Of a DNA stretch of 64,000 nucleotides, positions 38,987 to 49,110 are shown piece by piece. The stretch spans positions 64,069 through 128,068 of the forward strand of contig CAWBZI010000003.1 of the NCBI GenBank assembly GCA_963793265.1, read 5' to 3'. The notes under the pieces are model-generated. The model was given only the letters and a program-made list of their open reading frames with translations. It was not told where the DNA came from and made no database searches. The first letter of the stretch is position 1, and every line of letters begins with the position of its first letter. The DNA comes from an uncultured cyanobacterium (GTDB taxonomy: Bacteria > Cyanobacteriota > Cyanobacteriia > Phormidesmidales > Phormidesmidaceae). Made by a program: the position numbers and the translations under genes.

Positions 38987-39632
38987 CGCTCGCATTTTAG
39001 TTGCCGATGATGAAAAAAGTATTCGCCTCACCGTCAGTCAGGCGCTCTCTACTCAGGGCTACGACGTAAGCACAGCAGTAGATGGCAGCACGGCGATAAA
39101 CCAGCTTAGGAACAATCCCGCCGATTTGCTACTGCTAGATATTCAAATGCCGGGGATGGATGGGATTGAAGTGTTGCAGAAGGCGATCGCACAGCAGCCG
39201 TCGCTAAAGGTGGTGATGGTATCGGCGCATGGCTCGGTCGATAACGCGGTAGAAGCCATGAAGCTCGGGGCAATCGACTATTTGCAAAAGCCTTTTACCC
39301 CCAGTGAGCTAAGAGAGCTGGTGAGCCGGGTGCTGGCTCAAGGCGCTGAAGATAGCAATGACGGCTACGACGAGCAGATCTCGACCGCACGAAAGATGGC
39401 TAAGGAGGGGAAGTACGATGATGCAATGGCCCTGGCTAAGAAGTGTATTGGTTCTCATCCTGAGAATGCGGCTGGGTTTAACTTGCTCGGGGAGCTGTTG
39501 GAAGTAGGGGGTGATCGCGCTGAAGCCATTAAAAACTACAGAGTCGCCCTTGACCTGGAGCCCGCCTATAAACCGGCCAGCCAGAACTTAGACCGGGCGG
39601 CGACAAGTCTCAGTTCAAAGCCCAAGTTTTGA
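38979..39632 (+). CDS. Response regulator, REC + TPR, no DNA-binding domain
   Basis: ADD, LDIQMP, KPF, then TPR-like helices (AAGFNLLGELLE...AIKNYRVALDLEP). Confidence 0.9.
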   Translation: MPNARILVADDEKSIRLTVSQALSTQGYDVSTAVDGSTAINQLRNNPADLLLLDIQMPGMDGIEVLQKAIAQQPSLKVVMVSAHGSVDNAVEAMKLGAIDYLQKPFTPSELRELVSRVLAQGAEDSNDGYDEQISTARKMAKEGKYDDAMALAKKCIGSHPENAAGFNLLGELLEVGGDRAEAIKNYRVALDLEPAYKPASQNLDRAATSLSSKPKF

Positions 39633-39712
39633 GCTATAAATAATCATTCTTTTAACAGCGCATTCGTCTAAAAGTGTTCTTCTATAGGCGGTTTTAAGAA
39701 CCGGGCTCTTCA

Positions 39713-40180
39713 ATGGTTTCATCCCTTTTTGGTGGCATTACCAAAAGCGCTCAATACATTATCATCATCGGCTGCGGGCGACTCGGCTCCTTACTAGCCG
39801 GTCGCCTCAGCGCTGAGGGCCACAGCGTTGTGGTCATCGACCAGCGCGAAGCTACTTTCAATAATCTCTCTAGTGAATTTAGCGGCTTTCAAATTATTGG
39901 CGATGCCGTTGAGCTAGCCACGCTGCGTCAGGCCAAAGTAGAAAAAGCAGACTGCGTGCTGGCCGTCACCAGCCAGGACAACGTGAACCTGATGGTGGCC
40001 CAAATCGCTAAAACAGTGTTTGAAATTCCACTGGTGCTCGCCCGCGTTTTTGACCCGGCTCGCGAGGCCATTTACCAGGAGCTAGAGATTGAAACCATTA
40101 GCCCCACTCAGCTTTCTGCTGACGTATTTATGCAAAAGCTAGACGGTCAATTTAAGCAGAAAGCTCAGGCAACCAAATGA
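39713..40180 (+). CDS. trkA: TrkA-N (RCK_N-only) K+ transport regulator
   Basis: IIGCGRLG, VIDQ, D.VNL. Confidence 0.85.
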   Translation: MVSSLFGGITKSAQYIIIIGCGRLGSLLAGRLSAEGHSVVVIDQREATFNNLSSEFSGFQIIGDAVELATLRQAKVEKADCVLAVTSQDNVNLMVAQIAKTVFEIPLVLARVFDPAREAIYQELEIETISPTQLSADVFMQKLDGQFKQKAQATK

Positions 40181-40839
40181 GAATTATTTTAATTGGTACA
40201 GATAAGCTCACCTACTTTCTAGGTCGGCGGTTTTCGAGTAAGGGCTATTTTTTGACTATCATCACGCCCGATAAAGAACAGTCGGTTTCTCTATCGCGAC
40301 GGCTGAAGGCCACGGTGCTCACGGGCGACGGTAGCGACCCGGCTGTGCTGCAAGAAGCAGGTGCGTATCAGGCTGACGTGCTGCTGGCGCTGACGGCGCA
40401 AGATCAGGACAATTTGATTGCCTGCCAAATCGCGCAGGATCGCTACGGGGTGCCGAAGACGGTTGCGCTGGTAAACGATCCTGAAAACCGTGAGATTTTT
40501 GAGGAGCTGGGCGTCAGCGTGGCTTTTTCGGCTACTGAAGTGCTGGGCTCTATGATTGAGCAGCAAACCGCTAGCTCAGATATTCGTAATCTGGTGCCTG
40601 TTACTGATAGCGGCGTCACGATTACAGAAGTGGTGCTGGCTGAAAACAGTCCGGCAGTGGGCTCAGCGATTAAAGATTTGAACCTGCGAGGGGCGGTGGT
40701 GGCCTGCGTGGTCAGGCGCGGGCATGTGATTTTGGCGAAGCAGCGCAGCTATCTGCACGCGGGCGATCGCATTCTCCTCATCAGTGAAAACGACCGCTAC
40801 GGTCAGGCCCAACAAGTGCTCACAGGCGAGGGGGCCTAA
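40177..40839 (+). CDS. trkA: TrkA-family protein (RCK_N + RCK_C)
   Basis: GDGSDP..L.EAG, DQDNL; C-terminal SPAVG..IKDL...GDRI. Confidence 0.88.
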   Translation: MRIILIGTDKLTYFLGRRFSSKGYFLTIITPDKEQSVSLSRRLKATVLTGDGSDPAVLQEAGAYQADVLLALTAQDQDNLIACQIAQDRYGVPKTVALVNDPENREIFEELGVSVAFSATEVLGSMIEQQTASSDIRNLVPVTDSGVTITEVVLAENSPAVGSAIKDLNLRGAVVACVVRRGHVILAKQRSYLHAGDRILLISENDRYGQAQQVLTGEGA

Positions 40840-40842
40840 GCA

Positions 40843-42336
40843 ATGCGCCATCGAAGTTTTTTACAGCAGCGCTACCGAGCCATTGCAGGCTACACCGGCC
40901 TTGTCTGCATGATTGCGGGTCTGGCTTTAATCTCGCCTCTAATTGCCCTGCTGGCCTACCCCGAAGAAGCCGGTTTGGCCTGGGGCTTTTTGCTACCGGG
41001 GCTTTTGCTGAGCGGGCTCGGGCTGGTGTGCTGGCGATCGCTTGCCCCCAAATCAGGCGCTACCCTCACCCTCCAAGAAGGCTCAGTGATTGTCGTACTC
41101 TCCTGGTTCTTAGCCGTCCTATTTAGCACCGTTCCCTTCTTAACCGTTGGCGGGCTGAACTTCACCCAAGCGGCCTTTGAAGCCACGAGCGGCTGGACAA
41201 CCACAGGGCTTTCTGTGGTCGATGTCACCCAAACCTCTCAGCTCATTTTGCTCTATCGCAGCATCATGGAGCTGTTCGGCGGGGCCGGGCTGGCGATCAT
41301 TACCTTGAGTGCGATCGCTGGGCCGGTCGGAGCCTCTCTTAGCAGCGCCGAAGGCCGGAGCGAACAGCTTGCCCCCAACGTTCGCCGCTCGGCCAAGCTC
41401 GTGCTGATCATTTACAGCGGCCTGTGCGCCATTGGTACGGTAGCCCTCTGGATCTCCGGCATGGGCTGGTTCGATGCGGTCAACCATTCCTTTGCCGCAC
41501 TTTCCACTGGCGGCTTTTCCACCCGCACCGACTCCATCGGCTACTGGGACAGCCCTTTCGTCGAAGCCGTCACCATCGTGCTCATGCTGTTTGGTGGCCT
41601 CAACTTTGTCACCATCTACCTGCTACTCACAGGCCGTATCAAATCGGTGGTGCGCAACGGTCAGGTGCGATTGCAGGCGCTGATGATTCCGTTAGTAGCG
41701 ATCATTATCTTCTTCGGCTCAGCGCTCAGCCTATACCCCACGCTTGACAAAGCCATCCGCGTCTCCATTTTTGAGTCAATTACAGCCCTCACGACTACGG
41801 GTTTCTCAACCGTTGGCTACGGCGACTGGAACAGTTTGCCCTGGCTAGGCATGATCGTGCTAATGCTGATTGGCGGCGGGGCGGGCTCTACGGCAGGCGG
41901 TATCAAGCAGCTCAGAATCTATATTTTGTATCGTGCTTTAGTCTCAGAAACGCGGCAAATGCTGCTGCCCAAAGGAGCCGTGAATGAGACTGAAATCTGG
42001 CAGGGAGAGCAGCGCCGCTTTTTACGCGCGAGTCAGATTCGGCAGGTGGCGCTATTCGTCTTTTTGTACGTAATGGTGTTCTTCATCGGCAGTGCCGTCA
42101 TGATGGGCTATGGCTACCCGCTACAAGATAGTTTGTTTGAATATGCCAGTACGCTTGGCACCGTGGGCCTTTCTGTGGGCGTCACCGCTGCCGATGCCCC
42201 GGCTGGCGTACTCTGGACACAAACGGTAGGCATGTTTCTAGGTCGCCTGGAGTTCTTCACGGTATTTGTCGGCGTCTTTAGCATGATTCGCGATCTTCGG
42301 CCTATGATGGGCCGTCAACAAAAGCAGTCCTCCTAA
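40843..42336 (+). CDS. trkH: TrkH family K+ uptake permease
   Basis: Four pore loops: SGWTTTG, STGGFS, TTTGFS, GTVGLS; GSTAGGIK. Confidence 0.93.
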   Translation: MRHRSFLQQRYRAIAGYTGLVCMIAGLALISPLIALLAYPEEAGLAWGFLLPGLLLSGLGLVCWRSLAPKSGATLTLQEGSVIVVLSWFLAVLFSTVPFLTVGGLNFTQAAFEATSGWTTTGLSVVDVTQTSQLILLYRSIMELFGGAGLAIITLSAIAGPVGASLSSAEGRSEQLAPNVRRSAKLVLIIYSGLCAIGTVALWISGMGWFDAVNHSFAALSTGGFSTRTDSIGYWDSPFVEAVTIVLMLFGGLNFVTIYLLLTGRIKSVVRNGQVRLQALMIPLVAIIIFFGSALSLYPTLDKAIRVSIFESITALTTTGFSTVGYGDWNSLPWLGMIVLMLIGGGAGSTAGGIKQLRIYILYRALVSETRQMLLPKGAVNETEIWQGEQRRFLRASQIRQVALFVFLYVMVFFIGSAVMMGYGYPLQDSLFEYASTLGTVGLSVGVTAADAPAGVLWTQTVGMFLGRLEFFTVFVGVFSMIRDLRPMMGRQQKQSS

Positions 42337-42349
42337 CCTTATAACTATC

Positions 42350-44362
42350 TTGATACTGGCTTCTTTTCTCTCCGACCCGATCACCGATCCTGTCGCCATT
42401 TTTCTCACGATCTTGGCGATTATGCTGGTCGCGCCGCTGCTGTTTGAACGTTTTCAACTGCCAGGCATTGTCGGACTCATCTTAGCAGGCGTCGTCGTCG
42501 GGCCGGATGGCTTGGGCCTACTTCAGCGCGACAGTACTATCGTGCTCTTGGGTACGGTGGGTTTGTTGTTTTTGATGTTCATGGCCGGGTTAGAAACTAG
42601 CCTGGACGACTTTAAAGAAGAAGGGGATAAGGCCACACTATTCGGCATTGCCACGTTTATCATTCCGCTGGTGATAGGCACAGTGGCGATGCTGCTGCTG
42701 GGCTATGGCTGGCTAGCCGCAATTTTAGTGGCTTCTTGTTTCTCTTCGCATACGCTGCTGGCGCTGCCGGTTTTGAACAAGTTGGGGATTATGAGATCGC
42801 CCGCCGTCACCGTCACACTAGGCGCAACCCTCATCACCAACGTCCTAGCGCTCCTCACCCTAGCCGTCATCATCAAAGCCTATCAGGGCAGCCTCACGCT
42901 CTCCTTCTGGCTGTTCCTGATACCCGCGCTCGCCCTCTACACGCTAGGCGCACTGTGGGGCATTCCCCGACTAGGCCGCTGGTTTTTTCACAAGTTTGGT
43001 CACGACGAAAACGCCGAGTTCACCTTTGTTTTAGCGACGCTGTTTGTTGTTTCTTACACCGCCAACGCCATTGATATTGAGCCGATTATTGGCGCTTTTT
43101 TAGCAGGCATCGCCCTCACGCCGCTCATCCCGCAAATGAGCCCGCTCATGAACAGAATTCAGTTCATCGGCAACGCGCTCTTTGTTCCTTTCTTCTTAAT
43201 CTCGGTCGGCATGTTGATCGATCCGGTCGTGCTGATTCGTCAGCCTCGGGTGCTCTTGATTGCAGGCGTGATGATTGTTGCCGAACTTATTGGCAAATAC
43301 GCCGCCGCTTGGATGGCTGGCAAAGCGTTCAAGTACAAGCACCCTGATGTGATGGTTATGTTTGGGCTCTCGACGGCGCAAGCAGCTTCTACGCTAGCGG
43401 CTATCACCGTTGCCTACAACATCGAGCTAGTCGATCAGCTCACGGTCAACGGCGTAGTAGCGATGATCTTAGCCACCTCAATTTTCTCTCCCTGGGTCAC
43501 ACAGCGCTGGGGCCGTCAGGTCAAAGTTGCTGCGCCCCAGTCACCAACTGCCGCCTCTGACGGGCTAACCCGCCGCGTTTTAGTCACCGTTGCTAATCCA
43601 AGTACCGAAGATACGCTGCTTGAGCTGGCTTTGATCCTAGCGAAAGCGGGCAATGGAACGCTGTTGCCTTTGAACGTACTCTCGGATCATAGCGGGCCAG
43701 TGTCAGCGGCAGACCGACGGCAGCAAACGCAAATGCTGGAAATTGCAGAAGACATTGCTCATGCGGCTGTTACTAAAGTAGAGCCGATTGCTCGGGTTGA
43801 CGATGCCATAGATAAAGGAATTTTGCGGACAGCTTTAGAACAAAACGCCAGCCTGATCATCTGCGGCTGGAAAGGGTTTTCTAGCTACAAAGACAACTTT
43901 TTTGGCAGCGTTCTCGACAACGTAACCCGCCGCGCTCATATACCTGTGCTGGTCACCCGGTTTGTCTATCCCATTTCTAATACAGGTCGAATTATTCTAG
44001 CTGTCAATCAGCGTCAGGCCAGGTCAACCAACTTTCAACCCACGCTTGAGATTGTTCAAACGATCGCAAACGAGCTGAAGTCTACACCTAAAATTGTCGT
44101 CGTTAGTGGTCGCAAGCAGCCTTTTTTGAGTGAGACAGACGTAGCCAGCCTCAGTCCAGACATTCCAATAGAACAGGTCAAAGGCAGGCTGTTCAACCGC
44201 GTATCAAAGCGGCTACAGCCGAACGACCTGTTGGTTTTAGAGGTAAATACTCACCGCAGGCAAACGACCCGACAGCCTGCTATTGGCTCATTGCCTGAAG
44301 AAATCGCACGGACTCATCCAGAGGTGTCGATCTTAGTCGCCCACTACCCACCGGATGAGTAA
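42350..44362 (+). CDS. CPA2 cation:proton antiporter with C-terminal USP-like domain (NhaS5-like)
   Basis: GLLFLMFMAGLE, IIGAFLAG, PFFLISVG; USP-like FFGSVLDNV. Confidence 0.88.
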   Translation: MILASFLSDPITDPVAIFLTILAIMLVAPLLFERFQLPGIVGLILAGVVVGPDGLGLLQRDSTIVLLGTVGLLFLMFMAGLETSLDDFKEEGDKATLFGIATFIIPLVIGTVAMLLLGYGWLAAILVASCFSSHTLLALPVLNKLGIMRSPAVTVTLGATLITNVLALLTLAVIIKAYQGSLTLSFWLFLIPALALYTLGALWGIPRLGRWFFHKFGHDENAEFTFVLATLFVVSYTANAIDIEPIIGAFLAGIALTPLIPQMSPLMNRIQFIGNALFVPFFLISVGMLIDPVVLIRQPRVLLIAGVMIVAELIGKYAAAWMAGKAFKYKHPDVMVMFGLSTAQAASTLAAITVAYNIELVDQLTVNGVVAMILATSIFSPWVTQRWGRQVKVAAPQSPTAASDGLTRRVLVTVANPSTEDTLLELALILAKAGNGTLLPLNVLSDHSGPVSAADRRQQTQMLEIAEDIAHAAVTKVEPIARVDDAIDKGILRTALEQNASLIICGWKGFSSYKDNFFGSVLDNVTRRAHIPVLVTRFVYPISNTGRIILAVNQRQARSTNFQPTLEIVQTIANELKSTPKIVVVSGRKQPFLSETDVASLSPDIPIEQVKGRLFNRVSKRLQPNDLLVLEVNTHRRQTTRQPAIGSLPEEIARTHPEVSILVAHYPPDE

Positions 44363-44372
44363 CCTAGTCCTA

Positions 44373-45284
44373 TTAAGTTGCAGGGCTCAATGTTTTAGTC
44401 GTGTCTACTGAAGTATCAGCAGCTTTGAGACTTTGCGCGATCGCCTTCAACCTCTCAATCCGATCTTCAGTCGGCGGATGGGTTAAAAACAAACTCATCA
44501 GTCCTTTTCTTGACAGCGGACTGACGATAAATAATGGCGCATAGGCAGGATTGCCATGAATAGGATTCTCTTCTCCCATTGCCTCTAATTTTTCAAGCGC
44601 ACGTACCAAAGCCAAAGGCTTTCCCGTAATCTCAGCAGCGCCTTCATCAGCGGCAAATTCCCGAGTTCTAGAAATTGCCATCCGCAGCAGGCCCGCACTA
44701 AAAGGCCCAACTACTAGCAAAAACAGAATTGCCAGCGGATTGTTACCTCGTCGTCCGATCCGAGCAACGGGGAAGAACAGTGCGCCAAAGGTGAGAATAC
44801 GACCGACATAGGTTAAAGACCCAGCCAGGGTGCCAGCAACCGCTTGAATGAGGGTGTCGCGATTGCGTACGTGGGTGAGTTCGTGGGCAATTACCGCGTC
44901 TAGCTCGTCGGGGGGGAGCACATCAATGATGCCTTCGGTAAGAGCGATCGCAGCATGTTCAGGATCGCGCCCAGTGGCAAAAGCATTGAGAGACTTAGAG
45001 GGGACAATGTAGAGCTTGGGATGAGGAAGGTCAGCGCGATCGCACATCTTCTCAATTCGGCCACTCAGCTCAGGAGCCTCTTCCCTTGGCGTAGGCTTAG
45101 CCTTAAAAGCCGAGAGCGCCGCTTTATCAGAATAGTACCAGGAGCTAAAACTACCCGCCGCTGCAAAGGCTAGTCCGTAATAAAGCCCCGTTTCATCGCC
45201 AACTAGCAAGTAGCCTGCCAGCACAATCAGTCCGCCGAGCAGAGCTAACAGCACTAGAGTTTTGAGCTGATTCATCCTGGCCAT
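44373..45284 (-). CDS. htpX: Zinc metalloprotease HtpX
   Basis: NAFATG, AHELTH, SRTREFAAD, THPP. Confidence 0.92.
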   Translation of the reverse strand: MARMNQLKTLVLLALLGGLIVLAGYLLVGDETGLYYGLAFAAAGSFSSWYYSDKAALSAFKAKPTPREEAPELSGRIEKMCDRADLPHPKLYIVPSKSLNAFATGRDPEHAAIALTEGIIDVLPPDELDAVIAHELTHVRNRDTLIQAVAGTLAGSLTYVGRILTFGALFFPVARIGRRGNNPLAILFLLVVGPFSAGLLRMAISRTREFAADEGAAEITGKPLALVRALEKLEAMGEENPIHGNPAYAPLFIVSPLSRKGLMSLFLTHPPTEDRIERLKAIAQSLKAADTSVDTTKTLSPAT

Positions 45285-45394
45285 AAATGCCTCTTGATAT
45301 TATTAAAGTGGCACCAATGTAGATCTGTATGACTTCCACATGCACCATCCGCGCGACAGAAATAAGCCGCTATATAAAAGGGTAAAAGGCGTAT

Positions 45395-46438
45395 TTAGCC
45401 ATTTTGTACCGCCGTCGAGACGAGATCTGGCACACTTTGAATTTGCGCGCTGCTAACCATCAAATTTGTCACAGCTCTAATCGTATTCGGCCCAGTTGCC
45501 AATACAGCCACACCGTCTTTTGCCAATCGCTCTACAACGACAGACGCCGAAACATCGGGCGTATCGAAGTAAACAAGATTTGTCTCTACCGCGTCTAGGT
45601 CTATCTGCACACCCTCAATCTGACCCAGCGCATTCGCCAGCATTTGAGCGTTATCGTGATCTTCTTTTAAGCGCTCTCGGTGGTGCTTTAGCCCGTACAA
45701 AGCGCCCGCTGCAATAATGCCAGCCTGACGCATCGCGCCGCCAAACATCTTGCGAAACCTGCGCGATCGCATCACGAATTCCTCAGACCCCACCAAAGCC
45801 GACCCCACAGGTGCACCCAAACCCTTAGAAAAACAAACGCTCACCGTATCAAAGTCCTTCGCATACTCAGCCTCAGAGATGCCCGTGGCACAGCAAGCAT
45901 TCCAAAATCTAGCGCCATCTAAATGCAGTTTGAGGTCATTTTCCTTGCAGACTTGAGCGATCGCCTCAATCTCAGAAAGTGGATAAATTCGCCCGCCCCC
46001 ACGATTGTGCGTATTCTCTAAACACACCAGCTTGGTTCTAGGAAAGTGAAAGTCTACAGGCCGCAAAGCTTTCTTCAAATCTGCGGCTGTAAAAATACCG
46101 CGATCGCCATCCACCAGCCGACACATCACCCCCGACAGCGCCGCTGGGCCACCGCCCTCGTAGTAATAGATGTGCGCCTGAGACTCTAGAATAATTTCGT
46201 TGCCGGGCTCAGTGTGCGATCGCAACGCCACCTGATTTGTCATCGTACCCGACGGCATAAACACAGCCGCCTCCTTTCCTAAAAGCTCAGCCACGTAAGC
46301 TTCTAACGCCGCAACAGTCGGATCGTCGCCTAGCACATCATCGCCAACAACCGCCTGGGCCATGGCTTCTCTCATCGCAGGCGTAGGCTGAGTGATCGTG
46401 TCGCTTCTGAGATCAATTTGAATAGGTGGCATGTTCAA
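45395..46438 (-). CDS. ltaE: Low-specificity L-threonine aldolase
   Basis: DLRSDT, SGTMTN, ENTHN, HLDGAR, CFSKGLGAPVG. Confidence 0.95.
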   Translation of the reverse strand: MNMPPIQIDLRSDTITQPTPAMREAMAQAVVGDDVLGDDPTVAALEAYVAELLGKEAAVFMPSGTMTNQVALRSHTEPGNEIILESQAHIYYYEGGGPAALSGVMCRLVDGDRGIFTAADLKKALRPVDFHFPRTKLVCLENTHNRGGGRIYPLSEIEAIAQVCKENDLKLHLDGARFWNACCATGISEAEYAKDFDTVSVCFSKGLGAPVGSALVGSEEFVMRSRRFRKMFGGAMRQAGIIAAGALYGLKHHRERLKEDHDNAQMLANALGQIEGVQIDLDAVETNLVYFDTPDVSASVVVERLAKDGVAVLATGPNTIRAVTNLMVSSAQIQSVPDLVSTAVQNG

Positions 46439-46533
46439 ACGGTGAATAGTTGCAGTCCACCTATGCTAGAACCAACTTCACTAGAATGACCTACTTGAGC
46501 TAACCTTTGCGCGCTCGATTCTACGCTCAAAGC

Positions 46534-47748
46534 CTACTTATCTCGCTGCACCTGACGCCGCGTACGTACCCACTCCACCTGTGGCTCGGTGAGAAACTTC
46601 AAATACACCGGAATCTTCCATAAAACGTAAGTTGGTACGCTCAGCAAAGTCTTAAGCGAAATGTCAGCCTGTGCAAACTTGGCCCAGGCAGAAATCACTG
46701 CGATCGCTAATTCCAACCCAGCCGCGTAGCAAATCAACGCGGGCAACCAAAACCCAATTAGGCCGCTAGCCAAGGTCACCACCAACGTCACGCCTACCCA
46801 AATCATCACCAGCAAGGACAGCGGCGGAATCAGCAGATCAATCGAGAGCGCCCACAGCGTCAGCCGCCCCTGCGCTGCCGCCTGAAACAGCAGCCGAGGC
46901 GCATAGTGCGAAATCAACTGCAAATGACCGTGCTCCCAGCGGGTTCGCTGCGTTCTAGCATCGGCGTCGCTCGGCGGCAGTTGGCCCACAACGGTCACCG
47001 CTGAACATAGGGTTGGCGGCACCCCTGCGATTGCCAAATCAAACCCCAGCTTCATATCTTCAACAATCGAATTGCTCGCCAAATCCACCGTCGTAATCAC
47101 CGACCAGGGGAAAGCCATGCCGGTTCCGGTGAGCAGGCAAGGCATTCCTAACTGCGTCATTCCCAGCGGACGAACGAGATTTTTTACCTTGAAGGCAAAG
47201 GCTGAAACGGCCTCTTTTAAGCTAGGTTGAGCAGGGCGATCGAGCAAGTAGATACCCTGAGTAGGACGCTGCCGGGCGATCGCATCGCTGGCCAATGTCC
47301 GAATAGACCCCCGCCTAAACTCACAGTCGGCATCGACCATCACCACCGCTGCCGGAGGCGATGCTGCCATAAACCGCAGGCCGCAATCTAAGGCATAGCC
47401 CTTGCCCCTGCGCGAATCGTCAGTTCTCTCTAATACCGTGGCACCCGCATTCCTAGCGAGCTGGGCGGTGTTGTCAGTGCAGTTATCAGCGACGACAATC
47501 AGCCGGTCTTGAGGCAGCAGTTGAGGGGTGAGCGCTGCTAAAGTTTCGACAATCACCTCTGCTTCGTTGTGAGCGGGCATCAGCACCGCAACAGAAAAGT
47601 CATCTTTAGAGACAGACGGCAATAATGGAGACTTTGCAGACGACCTCAAAACAGAAGCGATTACTGCGCTCAAGCACTCAATAAAGAGCATTGCACAGGG
47701 AATGAGAAGCGCGATCGCAACTATCAACAAAGGTATTCGGACAAACAT
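46534..47748 (-). CDS. Glycosyltransferase family 2 (membrane)
   Basis: PAHNE, DNCTD, DAD, VED, QRTRW. Confidence 0.9.
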   Translation of the reverse strand: MFVRIPLLIVAIALLIPCAMLFIECLSAVIASVLRSSAKSPLLPSVSKDDFSVAVLMPAHNEAEVIVETLAALTPQLLPQDRLIVVADNCTDNTAQLARNAGATVLERTDDSRRGKGYALDCGLRFMAASPPAAVVMVDADCEFRRGSIRTLASDAIARQRPTQGIYLLDRPAQPSLKEAVSAFAFKVKNLVRPLGMTQLGMPCLLTGTGMAFPWSVITTVDLASNSIVEDMKLGFDLAIAGVPPTLCSAVTVVGQLPPSDADARTQRTRWEHGHLQLISHYAPRLLFQAAAQGRLTLWALSIDLLIPPLSLLVMIWVGVTLVVTLASGLIGFWLPALICYAAGLELAIAVISAWAKFAQADISLKTLLSVPTYVLWKIPVYLKFLTEPQVEWVRTRRQVQRDK

Positions 47749-47813
47749 AGCCGTAGGTTCCTGACAATAAAAGAGCCTTAGAAAACAAACAAGAGAAGAT
47801 AAACAAGAACAAA

Positions 47814-49016
47814 CTAAAACCCCAGCAGACGAAACACGCTAATCGGGTTAAAAAGGCGACTAATGCCGTCTACGACTGACAGATAACCGCGCTTGGCCAC
47901 CACCACCACATCACCATCTTGAATTTGGTAGTCGTCTACTAAGTTGCTCAAATCAATCTCTTCTTGCTCTATTTCGCCATTTTCGTTTTGCCTTACCAGG
48001 CTCACGTTAGAAAGCCGGGCATCGTTCGTGGGGCCACCTGCGATCGCCACCGCACTCGACACCGAGCTATTCGGCGGCACGGCGACCTCTCCAGGAGCCA
48101 CCACCTCACCCACCACCTTCACCCGCACCGTACTTGGGGCAAGACTTGAGCTAGCCACCGTCCGCCGGTCAATCTCATCGCCAACCAGTCGTGGAATGTA
48201 AATCGAGTCGCCATCGCGCAGGCCAATGTCCGCAGCGCCTGCATCGGAGGTAATCGCCTCCCACAAGTTCAATGTAAATGTCTCCATCTGCCCGCCCGGC
48301 AAAGGCCGACGCACCGACACCTGGCGAATATCAGCATCTCGGGTCACCCCGCCTGCTAGCAGCACCGCCGAACTTAACGTTGGTAAAGCAGGCCGCTCTA
48401 ACAGCAGTGAATTTGTGCCTGCCGCAGTAATGCCGGTAGTGCCCAAAGGATTGCCATTGCTGCTACTCAGGCCGCTGAGCTGAATCGGGCCAGGGCGATA
48501 GACCTCACCAGCAACTGTCACCACCACAGGCCGCATCACCGCCAGGCTCACACTCACGACGGGATCAACTAGATATTCTTTAAATCTTTGCGTCAGCGCC
48601 ACACTGAGCTGATTCGGCGTTAGCCCGCTTACCCGTAGCGGCCCCAGCAGCGGCAGCGTAATTGTCCCGTCTGCCAAAATCGCAATGGTTCCAGTGAACT
48701 CAGGGTAACCAATCACCGAAAGCGCTATCTGATCGCCTGCGCCCAAAATGTAAGTGGCCTGACTTCCGCTCGTCGCTAATGGCAGCGCGGCAGGTGTGAG
48801 CGATCGCTGCGAATCTATGGGCTGAGGGCGACTATTGGGCTGTCCAATAGCAGGCTGACCGCTCGGTTGGCCGGTTGGCTGGCTTAAGCTGGGCTGTCCT
48901 GTAATTTGCGCCAGCGCCGAGCGGCTGTTCAGACTAACGCTGGTACCCGCTAAGAGTAGAGCTGACACCGTTGTTGTAACCGTCGAAGCAACACCCAAAG
49001 CAAAAACGCGCGACAT
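47814..49016 (-). CDS. wza: Polysaccharide export protein (Wza/OPX, SLBB domains)
   Basis: YILGAGD, DGTITLPLLG, V.GEV..PG repeats. Confidence 0.88.
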   Translation of the reverse strand: MSRVFALGVASTVTTTVSALLLAGTSVSLNSRSALAQITGQPSLSQPTGQPSGQPAIGQPNSRPQPIDSQRSLTPAALPLATSGSQATYILGAGDQIALSVIGYPEFTGTIAILADGTITLPLLGPLRVSGLTPNQLSVALTQRFKEYLVDPVVSVSLAVMRPVVVTVAGEVYRPGPIQLSGLSSSNGNPLGTTGITAAGTNSLLLERPALPTLSSAVLLAGGVTRDADIRQVSVRRPLPGGQMETFTLNLWEAITSDAGAADIGLRDGDSIYIPRLVGDEIDRRTVASSSLAPSTVRVKVVGEVVAPGEVAVPPNSSVSSAVAIAGGPTNDARLSNVSLVRQNENGEIEQEEIDLSNLVDDYQIQDGDVVVVAKRGYLSVVDGISRLFNPISVFRLLGF

Positions 49017-49110
49017 ATAAGTTCTGCCTCTTAAAGGCTCTAAAAAAAGTGACGTAGGAAGCTAGCGAGAATTGAGTTAGAAGACACTAGACAGGCAGCA
49101 AATAGGCTAG

